This document shows positions 41,844 to 52,421 of a stretch of DNA of 64,000 nt, piece after piece. The translations under genes were made by a program, and so were the position numbers. Under the pieces are notes generated by a model that was not told where the DNA came from, ran no database searches, and saw nothing but the letters and a program-made list of their open reading frames with translations. Source of the DNA: an uncultured Acidobacteriota bacterium. Lineage in GTDB: Bacteria > Acidobacteriota > Thermoanaerobaculia > UBA5066 > Gp7-AA6. Each line of letters starts with the position of its first letter. Positions within the stretch are counted from its first letter, which is position 1. The DNA lies in NCBI GenBank assembly GCA_963733815.1, contig CAVTEG010000015.1, positions 464,313 through 528,312 of the forward strand, given 5' to 3'.

Positions 41844-44347
41844 TTCGCTGCGTAACGCTTCCAAGGGATCCAGCCGCGCCGCTCGCCGGGCGGGCGGATA
41901 CGCCGCGAGCAGTGCCACGACGACCATCAAGAGGACTCCGGCCGCGAAGACGGCGACGTCCGCGGCCTTGACGCCGAACAGGATGGACTCCACGACGCGC
42001 GCCAGCACGTAGGCGGCGGGCAGCCCGATCAGGCCGCCGACCGCGAGAAACCGGACGACCTCGCCCAGCACGAGGCGCCGCACGGTCTGCGGATCCGCGC
42101 CCAGAGCGATCCGGACTCCGATCTCGCGCCGCCTCTGCTCGACTGCGAAGGAGAGCACGCCGTAGATCCCGATCGCGGCGAGCAGCGCCGCCAGCGCTCC
42201 GAACGCCGCCGAGAGGAAGAGCATCAACCGATCCGTGAGAAGCGATTCGGAGAGCTGCGCCGTCATGGTCTTGAGGCTGTCGATCGGAAGCTCGGGGTCC
42301 AGGCGCTTGACCTCGGCGCGCAGGGCCGGCGCCAGATTTCCAGGATCGCGGTCGGTCCGCAGGTAGAACGTCAGCTCGCCGAGCTTTTCGAACTGGAGGT
42401 ACGGCAGGTACGCGAAGGGAACGTCCGGCTCGGAGACCTGGGAGTTCTTGATCGAGCGGACGATGCCGACGATCTCGATGTCGGGATGGACGTCGGCCCC
42501 TCCGCCCAGCCCGAACCGGGCGCCCAGGGCGTTGCGTCCCGGGAAGAGCTTCCGAGCCATCGTGTCGTTGATGACGGCGACCTTGGCGCCGAGGCGTCGT
42601 CCTTCCAGGAAATGTCCCGGCCGGCCAGAATTGGGACGCCGAGGGTCGCGAAGTAGTCCGGACCCACGCGGTTGCGGCGGACGCGGCCGGAATCGAAATC
42701 GTGCGGCGCGCCTTCGATCGTCACATTGCCGCCGTTGTCGCTGTTGGTGAAGCTGCCGAGCTGAGCCGCCGTGACCGACCGGACGCCGGGCAGCGTCTTC
42801 AGGTTCTCCGTCAGGCGGCGGGCGAGGTCCGCAGTGCGCTCGGCCGAGTAGCCGTTCAACTTCGGCGCGATCGTGAAGCCGATTACGTTCTCGGGCCGCA
42901 CGCCCAGATCGACGCGCGCCAGGTTCGCCAGGCTTCGGGCGAACAGTCCCGCCGCGACGAGCAGGACTAGCGTCAGCGCGACCTGCGCCGTGACCAGCCA
43001 GGCTCGAAACCGGAGGGCCTCGCGCCCCGGGGACACCGTACCGCGGCCCTGACCCGCGAGCGTGCGCGCCGGATCCAGCCGGGCCGCCCTGTATGCCGGC
43101 CCCACGCCGAAGAGGATTCCTGCGGCAAGCGATAGAAGACCCGCGAAGAAGACGACGCGTGGATCGATCTGGGCAGCGATCAGCCGCATGTCCGCGTCGG
43201 CCGGGAACGCCGAGAGCAGTCCATGCAGGATCCAGGCGGCGACGACGACTCCGAGGACACCACCGGCGATCGTGAAGAGGAGGCACTCCACCACGGACTG
43301 TTGCAGCAAGTGGCGGCGCGTGGCGCCGATCGCCAGCCGGATCCCGTACTCGCGCTGGCGTGCCGCTCCCCGGGCCGCGAGCAGGCCCGCCAGGTTCGAG
43401 CACGCGATCAAAAGAACGAGACCGACCATCCCCATCAGGGACACGAGCGGCTTGCCGATGCCGTCCTGGAGGACGCGGCGGCCGTGCGAACCCGGGACGA
43501 GCAGGATCCGCCGCGCCAGGAACTCTTTCTTCGTGTTCTCGTTCCAGCCCTCGATCCTCGGCAGGAGCTCCTCGAGAAGCGGCCGGTAGGTCGGCACGAG
43601 GGCTCGCTCCGCTTCCGAGCGCGAGCGGCCCGGCTTGAGCCTGCCGACGATCTGAATCCAGTAGTCCTTGGGGTCTTCGAGGCCGTTCCAGAACGGCGTC
43701 ATCTGCGGCTTCATCATCATCGGCACGAAGAGGTCCGCGGGGCGCCCGGCCTGGATCCCGGCAAACGACGGCGGCGTCACCCCGACGATCGTGAAGGGAT
43801 GACCGTTCAAGACGATCGTCTGGTCGAGAATCGAGCGGTCCGAGCCGAAGTGGCGCGCCCAGTAGCCGTGGGACAGCACCGCAACGGGATGCGCGCCGGG
43901 CGTTCGGTCGTCTTCGGGGCCGAGGACGCGTCCCAGGGACGGCGGAACCCCGAGCACGCCGAAGTAGTTGCCCGTGACGAGCTCGCCCCGAGCCAGCTCC
44001 GTCGAGCCGCGCGCAGCCACACTCGCGTCGAACGGCTGCTCGCCCACCAATCCGGCGAACACAGTCGCGCGGTCCCTCAGGTCCCGGTACATCGGATACG
44101 AGAAGCACGCCGTGTCGTCTCCGTCGCTCGACGTGTGGCCCTGCCGAGGCCCGGGGGAGCGCAGCAGGACCAGCTCTTCGGGATTGCGGACCGGCAGCTC
44201 GCGGATCAGGACGCGGTCCACCAGGGCGAAGATCGCGGCGTTGGCCCCGATGCCGAGCGCGAGCGTGGCGATCGCCGCGGCCGCGAAGGCCGGGCTGCGC
44301 CGCAGAGTCCGGAACGCGTAGCGCAGGTCCTGAAGCAGAGGGCTCAT
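41841..44347 (-). pseudogene. ADOP-family permease, copy 4, single 1-nt frameshift near 42586-42590
   Basis: The N-terminal 585 or so codons lie in ORF 42371..44347 ([43 protein letters not shown] ... GVPILAGRDISWKDDASAP). The continuation KVAVINDTMARKLFPG... to RLDPLEALRSE lies in ORF 41841..44108. Confidence 0.8.
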
Positions 44348-44360
44348 CGCGGATCCTTTC

Positions 44361-46796
44361 TCATTCGCTGCGGAGCGCGGTCATGGGATCCACCTTCGCG
44401 GCGCGGCGCGCGGGCACATAGGACGCCAGCGCCGCCGCTCCGGCGAGGACGGCGACGACCGCCGTAAACGTCGCCGGGTCCCGCGGTCCGACTCCGTGCA
44501 GCGTGGAGGCGAGGACGCGCGAGGCCGCCATGGCCGCGACAATGCCCGCGGAGAGGCCGAGGACGATCGGGATGAAGCTCTGCCGGACCGTCAGCCGCAC
44601 GATGTCGCGGGCCGTAGCACCCAGGGCCATGCGCACGCCGAACTCGGGAGTGCGCTGGGCGACGAAGTAGGAGATCACGCCATAGATTCCGACCCAGGCC
44701 AGCAGCAGACCGATCGCTCCGAGCGCCGAGAGAAGCATCGTGTTGAACCGATCCTCCGCGAGCGAGCTGCTCCGGCGCTCGTCCATCGACGTGACGTCGT
44801 AGAGCGGAACCCCGGGCGCCGCCTCGCGGGCCGCCGACCGGATCGCCCCGGCCAGCGCGGCGGTGTCGCCTCCCGCCGACCGGACCGCGATCGCCATCGT
44901 GCGCTGGACCCAGTCCCAGGCTTCGGCGGGAGACTGGGCGAGCGGAAGGTAGAACTCCGGATAAAGCTCGACGCCGAGGCCGCGCGAGCGGACGTCTCCG
45001 GCGATCCCGATCACGGTCTTCCACATGGGATCGGCTTCGGATCCCTCGCAGCACGCCACGCGCTTGCCGATGGGATCCTGTCCGGGCCAGAGCCGGCGGG
45101 CGAGCTCCTGGCTGACGATCATGACCCGCGGAGCGCCGCGCACGTCCCTGGCACCGAAGCCGCGCCCGCGCACCAGCGGGATCCGCATGACTTTCAAATA
45201 GTCCGGCGTGATCATGCGGAGTCGCGCGTCCACGGCCTTCGAAACGTCGATCGTGGCGGCTTCGGCGATCAGGCCGTTCGAGTTGCCGCCGGGTCCGAGC
45301 GGAAGCTGTGAGGTCACCGCGGCAGCCTGCACGCCCGGGGATCGCTCGAGCGCGGCGACCATCCGCTCCCACGTCCGGTTGACGGTTTCGTCGTCGGCGT
45401 ACGCGCGAGCCGGCAGCGACATCCGCGCCGTCAGCACGCCGCGGGGCTCGAAGCCCGGCGCCACGCGCTGCAGGTGGATCGCCGTACGGATCAGAAGGCC
45501 CGCACCGACGAGGAGCAAGAGGGCCAGGGCGATCTGCCCGGCGACGAGCGCCATGCGGAGACGGTCGTGGCCGCCGGAGAGGCCCGGCGTACGGCCGCCT
45601 TCCCGGAGCGCGGCCTGGAGATCGCGCCGCGTGGCGCGGACGAGCGGCATCATGCCGAAGACGAGACTGCTGACGAGCGAGATCCCGACCGCGAAGAGCA
45701 GGGCGGCGGCGTCCAGGTTTGCCTGCTCGATTCGGGGAACTCCCGGCGGGCTCGCGGCGATGAGCGTTCCCACGGCGCCGACCGCGAGGACGACACCCAG
45801 GGCTCCGCCGGAGAGACCCAGGACGACGCTCTCGGTGAAGAGCTGCCGCGCGATGCGGCCCCGCGAAGCGCCGAGCGCCGCCCGCGTCGACAGCTCGCGG
45901 GCCCGGCCCGCGCCCCGCGCCAGCAGCATGTTCGAGACGTTGCTGCACGCGATCAGCAGGACCAGCCCGACCGCGCCGAAGAGGATCCAGAGACGCTCCC
46001 GGTAGTTCTCGACCAGGAGGTCCTTGAAAGGCTGGATCCGGAAGCCACGCTCGGCGTTGTGCAGGGGGAAGCGGCGTTCGAGATCGCGCGAAATGGTCAG
46101 GGCGTCCTGGTTGGCTTCAGCGACCGAGACGCCGGGTTTGAGGAGCCCGTAGATCGTGAGGCTGTGCTTGTCATGGTTGGCGAGCGTCTCGGAATCGAAC
46201 GCCGCCGGAACCCACAGCTCCTCGTTGTCGCGCGTGTAGTCGAAGGAGGCCGGCATCACGCCGACGACGGTGTAGGGCTCTCCGTCGAGGCGCAGGGTGC
46301 GGCCCACCACGTCGGTCGCGCCTCCGAGCCGCGACTTCCACATGCGGTCGCTGACGACGACGACGTGGCCGGCTCCGGGCCGATCTTCCTCGGGCCGGAA
46401 GCCCCGACCCCGCTGCGGCCTCACTCCGAAAACGTCGAAGTAGTCCTCCGTCACTCGCGCTCCGTCCACCCTCTCCGGCGTGACGCTCTCGGCGAGGTTG
46501 AACGTCGCGTAGCGGACCGCGGCAAGCTTGTCGAAGCTGCGGCTCGCGGCCTTCAGGTCCGCGAAGTTGCCGGCGGAGACACCCCCACGTCGGCCCCTCC
46601 ACGTCTCCATTACCGCGACCACACGGTCCGCATGGGCAAACGGCAGCGGGTTCAGCAGGACCGCGTGCACGAGGCTGAAGATCGCCGTGTTGGCGCCGAT
46701 GCCCACGGCGAGCGTCACGACCGCGAGAGCGGCGAACCCGGGGCTGCGGGACAGCGTCCGGATCGCGTACCGAAAGTCCTGCAGGATCGTGCTCAT
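44361..46796 (-). CDS. ADOP-family permease, copy 5 (intact)
   Basis: ORF 44361..46796: [43 protein letters not shown] ... LLIACSNVSNMLLARGAGRARELSTRAALGA ... [23 protein letters not shown] ... [10 protein letters not shown]. Confidence 0.9.
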   Translation of the reverse strand: MSTILQDFRYAIRTLSRSPGFAALAVVTLAVGIGANTAIFSLVHAVLLNPLPFAHADRVVAVMETWRGRRGGVSAGNFADLKAASRSFDKLAAVRYATFNLAESVTPERVDGARVTEDYFDVFGVRPQRGRGFRPEEDRPGAGHVVVVSDRMWKSRLGGATDVVGRTLRLDGEPYTVVGVMPASFDYTRDNEELWVPAAFDSETLANHDKHSLTIYGLLKPGVSVAEANQDALTISRDLERRFPLHNAERGFRIQPFKDLLVENYRERLWILFGAVGLVLLIACSNVSNMLLARGAGRARELSTRAALGASRGRIARQLFTESVVLGLSGGALGVVLAVGAVGTLIAASPPGVPRIEQANLDAAALLFAVGISLVSSLVFGMMPLVRATRRDLQAALREGGRTPGLSGGHDRLRMALVAGQIALALLLLVGAGLLIRTAIHLQRVAPGFEPRGVLTARMSLPARAYADDETVNRTWERMVAALERSPGVQAAAVTSQLPLGPGGNSNGLIAEAATIDVSKAVDARLRMITPDYLKVMRIPLVRGRGFGARDVRGAPRVMIVSQELARRLWPGQDPIGKRVACCEGSEADPMWKTVIGIAGDVRSRGLGVELYPEFYLPLAQSPAEAWDWVQRTMAIAVRSAGGDTAALAGAIRSAAREAAPGVPLYDVTSMDERRSSSLAEDRFNTMLLSALGAIGLLLAWVGIYGVISYFVAQRTPEFGVRMALGATARDIVRLTVRQSFIPIVLGLSAGIVAAMAASRVLASTLHGVGPRDPATFTAVVAVLAGAAALASYVPARRAAKVDPMTALRSE

Positions 46797-46810
46797 GGTT
46801 CCTCCGCTGG

Positions 46811-49276
46811 TTATTCGCTTCTCAGCGCGCGGATCGGGTCCACCTTCGCCGCCCGGCGCGCGGGCGCGGCGCTCGCGGCCAGGACGGCGGCTCCGAGGAT
46901 CGCCGCAGCCACGAGGTAGGACAGGGGATCCAGCGGTGTGACGCCGTACAGGAACTCCGAGGCCAGACGCGAAGCGCCGGCGGCCGCGGCGAGTCCGGCC
47001 GCGAGCCCGAACGCCGCGAGGCGCGCTCCACGGGAAAGAACGAGGCGGCGGACGCTGGAAGCCTGCGCTCCGAGCGCCAGCCGGATGCCGAACTCCCGTG
47101 TGCGAGCCTGGGTCGCGTACGACACGACGCCGTAGAGTCCCGTCGCCGACAGGAGGAGCCCGAAGCCGGCGAACGCGCCGACCAGCAGAGCGATGAGCCG
47201 CCCCTGACCCATGGACGCGCCGATCTTTTCGTTCAGCGTCCGCACGTGAAAGAGAGGCAGGCTCGGATCCAGCTCCGCGACCGCCCGCGACAGCGGGCGC
47301 TGGAGTGCCGCCGGATCTCCGCCGGTCGTCAGGAGGAGAGTCATGCGCGGCATGTAGAACTGGGACAGGGGAACGTAGACTGTCGGATCCGCCTCGCGCC
47401 GAAGGCTGCGTGCCCGGACGTCGCGAACCACGCCGATCACCTCGCCGCCGACGCCCGGAGGGCCGAGGTTCTTGATGCGCCGGCCGACGGCATTGACGCC
47501 CGGCCAGAACTTGCGGGCCATCGACTCGCTGACGATCGCCACCGCGGGGCCATCCGCGCGGTCCCCGGCGTCGAAGTCGCGACCGGCGACGAGCGATGCG
47601 CCGAGTGCGTGAAAGTATCCCGGCGTGACGATGTTCAAGTCCGCGGCGGGAGTTTCCCCGGGCGCCGGTGTGTACCCGTCGCTCTCGATCGTCGTCCGCA
47701 TGCCGGAGCTCTGGACGGGGACCATGCGGGCCAGGGCCGCGGCGCGCACGCCCGGAATCGCGGCGGCGCGATCGAGGAGCTGTGAGAGGAAGGCCAGGCC
47801 GCGCGCGCGGTCGTAGCCCTGACGTGCGAGATCCATCGAGGCCTCGAGCTTTCCGGACGGATCGAACCCCGGATTCACGGCCGATTCGCGCGCGAGGGTG
47901 CGCGCCGTCAGTCCGGCCCCCACGAGGAGCACGACCGACAGGGCGATCTGGCCGGCCACGAGAAGGTCGCCGACGGCCAGGCGCGCGATCCGGCGGGAGC
48001 CGCCTTTGATCGAGCTCAGCACGTCCACGCGCGGCCCGCGCAGCGCCGGAACGATCCCGGAGAAGAGTGCCGCCAGACCGGCGGCGCCGATCGCGAAGCC
48101 GAGCGCACGAGCATCGAGCACGGACGTGGCGGCGCCTATGGGCAGGGCGAACTCGTCGGGCACGGCCAGAGCGAGCAGCTGCGCCGCCCAGACGGCGAAC
48201 AGAAGTCCCGCTCCGGCGCCGAGGATTGCGAGGAGCAGGCTCTCGACGAAGAGCTGGCGGCCGATCTGCCGGCGCGACGCGCCCAGCGCCAGACGCACGC
48301 CGATCTCACGGCGCCGCCGCTCGGCGCGCAGCAGCAGGAGTCCCGCGGCGTCGGCGCACGCGATCAGAAGCACGAGCCCGGCCATTCCCACGAGCAGCCA
48401 CGACAGCCGCCGCGCATCGTCCTGGTAAGCCGGCCCGACCGCGAAGTCGGAAGCCGGCAGGACCCGGGGCATCGGGTCGTGGCGCTTCGCGTCCGCGGGC
48501 TCCGATGCGGCCCGGCGGCGAGCGATCGCGTCGAGCTCCGCCTGTGCAGAAACGCGGGAGGCCCCGGGCTTCAACCTCGCGACGATGTCGAGCCATGCGA
48601 GGTTTCGATGCGTCAGGATCTGGTCTTCGACGAATTCGGGAAGAGCCTGGTCGACCATGGCGGCCGGGACCCAGACGTCGGGCAGACTGTCGAGATCGAC
48701 GCCGGTGAACCCGCGCGGCGCCACACCCACGATCGTGAAGGGATGCCCGTTGATCGAGACCGTGGACCCGACGACGGCCTCCTCGGCTCCGAAGCGCCGC
48801 CGCCAGAGCCGATCGCTCACGACCGCGACCGGGTGGGTCCCCGGGACGCGGTCGTCGGAGGCCGAGAGCAGTCGGCCACGCTGGGGCCGCGCGCCGAGGA
48901 GGTCGAAGAAGTTCCCGGAAACGACGGCGCCCGTGACGCGCTCGGCCTTTCCGCCGCCGGCCGCGAGGTGGAAGGCTTCGGCGTCGTCGAAGCCGGCCAT
49001 CCCCTCGAACGACGTGGCCCCGTCGCGATAGTCGGTGAAGACGGGGTAGGAAGAGTTCCAGAGGTCCGAGGCTTTTTCGTCGGTGGCGTAGATGCGCACG
49101 AGGGAGCCGGGATCCCGCACCGCGAGGGAACGGAACAACACCGCGTCGACCGCCGAGAAGATCGCCACGTTGACGCCGATGCCGAGGCCGAGCGTCAGTA
49201 CGGCGAGGGCGGCGAAGCCGGGGTTTCGGGCGAACGTCCGTGCCGCGTATCGGAGGTCCCGGATCCAGGAACTCAT
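46811..49276 (-). CDS. ADOP-family permease, copy 6 (intact), start overlaps the ATPase stop
   Basis: ORF 46811..49276: [43 protein letters not shown] ... YGVVSYATQARTREFGIRLALGA ... VDPIRALRSE. ATGA overlap at 49273-49276. Confidence 0.9.
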   Translation of the reverse strand: MSSWIRDLRYAARTFARNPGFAALAVLTLGLGIGVNVAIFSAVDAVLFRSLAVRDPGSLVRIYATDEKASDLWNSSYPVFTDYRDGATSFEGMAGFDDAEAFHLAAGGGKAERVTGAVVSGNFFDLLGARPQRGRLLSASDDRVPGTHPVAVVSDRLWRRRFGAEEAVVGSTVSINGHPFTIVGVAPRGFTGVDLDSLPDVWVPAAMVDQALPEFVEDQILTHRNLAWLDIVARLKPGASRVSAQAELDAIARRRAASEPADAKRHDPMPRVLPASDFAVGPAYQDDARRLSWLLVGMAGLVLLIACADAAGLLLLRAERRRREIGVRLALGASRRQIGRQLFVESLLLAILGAGAGLLFAVWAAQLLALAVPDEFALPIGAATSVLDARALGFAIGAAGLAALFSGIVPALRGPRVDVLSSIKGGSRRIARLAVGDLLVAGQIALSVVLLVGAGLTARTLARESAVNPGFDPSGKLEASMDLARQGYDRARGLAFLSQLLDRAAAIPGVRAAALARMVPVQSSGMRTTIESDGYTPAPGETPAADLNIVTPGYFHALGASLVAGRDFDAGDRADGPAVAIVSESMARKFWPGVNAVGRRIKNLGPPGVGGEVIGVVRDVRARSLRREADPTVYVPLSQFYMPRMTLLLTTGGDPAALQRPLSRAVAELDPSLPLFHVRTLNEKIGASMGQGRLIALLVGAFAGFGLLLSATGLYGVVSYATQARTREFGIRLALGAQASSVRRLVLSRGARLAAFGLAAGLAAAAGASRLASEFLYGVTPLDPLSYLVAAAILGAAVLAASAAPARRAAKVDPIRALRSE

Positions 49277-49959
49277 CGCGCGGCCACGCTGGGGGCTTCG
49301 CCCTCGATCCAGCCGTCACGCAGGCGCACGATCCGATTTCCGTAGGTGGCGTTCTCTTCCGAGTGCGTGACCTGAATGATCGTCGTGCCTTCGTCGTTGA
49401 GCCTCTTGAAGAGGCGCATGATCTCGCGCCCCTGATCCGAGTGGAGGTTTCCGGTCGGCTCGTCGGCGAGAAGCAGCGCCGGTTTCGCGATGAGCGCGCG
49501 CGCCACGCCCACGAGCTGCTGCTGCCCGCCCGAGAGCTGGTTGGGGAAGAGGTCCTTCTTGCCGACGATCTGAAAGCGGTCGAGCGTGTCGGCCACGATC
49601 GCCGCGCGCTCGGAGCCTTTGACGTTGCGGTACGAGAGCGGGATGTCCAGGTTCTCGGCGACGGTGAGGTTGTCGAGCAGGTGGTACTGCTGGAACACGA
49701 ACCCGATGTGTTTCTTGTTGAGCTCGATGCGATCCTTCGGCTTCATGCGCTGGACATCGTTGTCGAGGAGGCGGTACTCCCCGCGCCAGTCGTGGTCGAG
49801 CATGCCGAGGATCGCGAGCAGCGTGGACTTGCCGGCGCCCGACGGGCCCATGATCGTGACGAACTCTCCCTTCGCGATCGACAGGTCGATGCGGCGCAGG
49901 ACGAACGTTTCGCCGGCGCGTGTCTGGAAGGATTTCTCGAGGTTGGAGAGTTGGATCAT
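49273..49959 (-). CDS. ABC transporter ATP-binding protein (MacB/LolD-type NBD)
   Basis: ORF 49273..49959 (228 aa). Walker [11 protein letters not shown]-loop FQQ, signature LSGGQQQ, Walker [10 protein letters not shown]-loop VTHS. Confidence 0.92.
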   Translation of the reverse strand: MIQLSNLEKSFQTRAGETFVLRRIDLSIAKGEFVTIMGPSGAGKSTLLAILGMLDHDWRGEYRLLDNDVQRMKPKDRIELNKKHIGFVFQQYHLLDNLTVAENLDIPLSYRNVKGSERAAIVADTLDRFQIVGKKDLFPNQLSGGQQQLVGVARALIAKPALLLADEPTGNLHSDQGREIMRLFKRLNDEGTTIIQVTHSEENATYGNRIVRLRDGWIEGEAPSVAAR

Positions 49960-49966
49960 TGTGGAT

Positions 49967-52417
49967 TCAATCCCCTTTCAGTGCCTGTGCGGGCGGAATG
50001 CGGGCGGCGCGCCGCGCGGGGAGACCGCTCGCGAGGAGCATGACGACCACGAGGCTCGCGGCCGCGGCGCCGAGAGCGGCCGGGTCCGCGGGAGCCACGC
50101 CGAAGAGCAGCCCGCGCAGAAGGCGTGAGACGGCGAGCGCCGCGGCCAGGCCCAGAGCGATCCCCGCGAAGGCCAGGCGTGCCGTCTCGCCGAGCACGCT
50201 CCCGACCACGCGCGAGGGACTTGCGCCCAGGGCGACGCGGATGCCGAGCTCGCGCGTGCGCATCGCGACGACGTAGGACAGCAAGCCGTAGACGCCGACC
50301 ATCGCGAGGCCCAGGGCGGCGCCTCCGAAGGCGACCATCAGGCGCGTGTTCAGGCGCGCGGGAGCGAGCGCTTCATCGTAGACGGCCGGAAGGCTCGTGA
50401 CGTCGGCCATCGGCAACTCCGGGTCGAGACGCCGCAGGGTTTCGCGCAGCGCCGAGAGGATCGTGGCCGAATCTTCGTGGCCGCGCACGATCAGCCGCAC
50501 GTCTTCGAGAGGAAACTGCCGGGCCGGCAGGTAGTAAGCCGGCTCGGGGTCCTTGTCGAGCCCGAGAAAACGGACGTCGCGGACGACGCCCACGATCTCG
50601 TAGCGCGTCGGCAGCCCCTTTCCCCACCACATTACGGCGTCCGATGTCTCGAGCTGGTGTCCGATCGCGGTGCGTCCCGCGAAGTGCCGCCGCTCGAACG
50701 CCTCGTTGACCAGGGCCACGGCGGGATGGGCGGCGTCGTCCGTCGAAGCGAGATCGCGTCCGCGCGCCAGCGGCACGCCAATGGCGCGGAAGTATCCGTC
50801 GCTGACCGACCGGAACCACGAGGGCGCCTCACCCTCGCCGGCGGCCGCCGTTTTCCCCACCACGGACGCTCCGCCGATCCAGTTGGCCTCGAGCGGATGG
50901 TTGTAGGCCAGCCCCGCTTCCGCCACGGCGGGCAGCGATCGGACCTGCGCCAGCAGAGCGTCTTGGAACTGCGCGACGCTCTCCCACGTTGCGTAGCGGC
51001 GTCGGGGCAGCGTGACCCGGCACATCACGACGCTTCGAGCGCGGAATCCGGGGTCCACGCTGCGAAGCTGCAAAAGGCTGCGCGTCAACAGCGCGGCGCC
51101 GAAGGCGAGCACGACCGCGAGCCCCGTCTCGGCGAGCACGAGCGCCTTGAGCCCCCGCTGAGCGGCGTGCGAGCCGGTCGTCGTGCGGCCGGCGGTCGGA
51201 AACGCCCCCGCAGCGCCCCGCCGGGAGAAGATCAGCGCCGGCGTGAGGCCCGAGACGACTCCCGCGCAGACCGAGACGATCAAGGCGAAGGCGAGGATCC
51301 CGCGGTGTACGGTGAGCTCGGAAAGCCGCGGCACCTCGGGCGGCACGAGGCGGACGAGGAAAGGCAACGCCCAGTACGCGAGAACGGTGCCGAGAACTCC
51401 GGCGCCGACCGAGAGCACGAGGCTCTCGACCAGCAGCTGCGCGGCGATGCGTCCCCGGCCGGCGCCGAGTGCCGCCCGAACCGCGATTTCGTGGCTCCGA
51501 GACTCGGCGCGGGCGAGCTGGAGACTCGCGACATTCGCGCATCCGATCGTCAGCACGAGCACGACCGCCGCGAAGAGAACCCACAACGCCGGCCGCGTCG
51601 CTCCCGCGGTCTCGATCGAGAGGGGGCGCAGCCGGGCGTCGGCCGCGCGGCTGGTCGAATCCTCGGCCCGAAGTCGGCGGGCGAAGGCCGTCATTTCCTG
51701 CTGCGCCGAGGTCTCCGAGACTCCGGCGCGCAGCCGGCCGATCACGCCGAGCACGTAGCTTCGGCCTCCGGGCGCTCCGGTTCCCTCCATGGCGACGGGG
51801 ACGAAAAACTGGGGTTCGGGCTCGAACGCGATCCGCCCCTGGGTCATCGGCATCGCCGGATACGGCGCTGTCGGCCACACGGCGACGACGGTGTAGGGCT
51901 GGCCGTCGAACGTCAGCGTGCGGCCGAGGATCGATGGATCGGCGCCGAAGCGCCCGGCCCAGAAGTCCCGTGAGAGCGCGACCATGCGCGGAGCGCCGGC
52001 GCGGCCGTCGTCCGGTGCGAAGTCCCGGCCGGCGATCGGCGACACGCCCAGGACCCTCAGGTAGTTCGGCGAAACGCGTGCACCGCGAAGGGTCTCGGGT
52101 TCGCCGGAGCCCGTCAGCGTCACGCTCGCGCCGCCGAACGCGGCGATGTCCTCGAAGCTTCGGCTCTCTCCGCGCCACGCGCGGTACGTCGCCGGTGAGA
52201 CGCGCCAGAGCTTGCCGTCGTCCATGCGTTCCCAGAGCACCTGTAGGCGCGCTGGCTCGCGATAGGGAAGAGGTGCGAGGACGACGGCGTGCAGGACGGA
52301 GAAGATCACGGTGGCCGCCGCGATGCCGAGGGCCAGCGTCGTCACCGCGGCGGCCGTGAAACCGGGGCTGCGGGCCAGGGAGCGCAGGGCGTAACGGACG
52401 GCGGAAAAACCCTTCAT
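49967..52417 (-). CDS. ADOP-family permease, copy 7 (intact, divergent termini)
   Basis: ORF 49967..52417: [42 protein letters not shown] ... TIGCANVASLQLARAESRSHEIAVRAALGA ... YGLLSYVVAMRTRELGIRVALGA. The C-term IPPAQALKGD replaces the usual ..ALRSE. Confidence 0.9.
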   Translation of the reverse strand: MKGFSAVRYALRSLARSPGFTAAAVTTLALGIAAATVIFSVLHAVVLAPLPYREPARLQVLWERMDDGKLWRVSPATYRAWRGESRSFEDIAAFGGASVTLTGSGEPETLRGARVSPNYLRVLGVSPIAGRDFAPDDGRAGAPRMVALSRDFWAGRFGADPSILGRTLTFDGQPYTVVAVWPTAPYPAMPMTQGRIAFEPEPQFFVPVAMEGTGAPGGRSYVLGVIGRLRAGVSETSAQQEMTAFARRLRAEDSTSRAADARLRPLSIETAGATRPALWVLFAAVVLVLTIGCANVASLQLARAESRSHEIAVRAALGAGRGRIAAQLLVESLVLSVGAGVLGTVLAYWALPFLVRLVPPEVPRLSELTVHRGILAFALIVSVCAGVVSGLTPALIFSRRGAAGAFPTAGRTTTGSHAAQRGLKALVLAETGLAVVLAFGAALLTRSLLQLRSVDPGFRARSVVMCRVTLPRRRYATWESVAQFQDALLAQVRSLPAVAEAGLAYNHPLEANWIGGASVVGKTAAAGEGEAPSWFRSVSDGYFRAIGVPLARGRDLASTDDAAHPAVALVNEAFERRHFAGRTAIGHQLETSDAVMWWGKGLPTRYEIVGVVRDVRFLGLDKDPEPAYYLPARQFPLEDVRLIVRGHEDSATILSALRETLRRLDPELPMADVTSLPAVYDEALAPARLNTRLMVAFGGAALGLAMVGVYGLLSYVVAMRTRELGIRVALGASPSRVVGSVLGETARLAFAGIALGLAAALAVSRLLRGLLFGVAPADPAALGAAAASLVVVMLLASGLPARRAARIPPAQALKGD

Positions 52418-52421
52418 GGCG

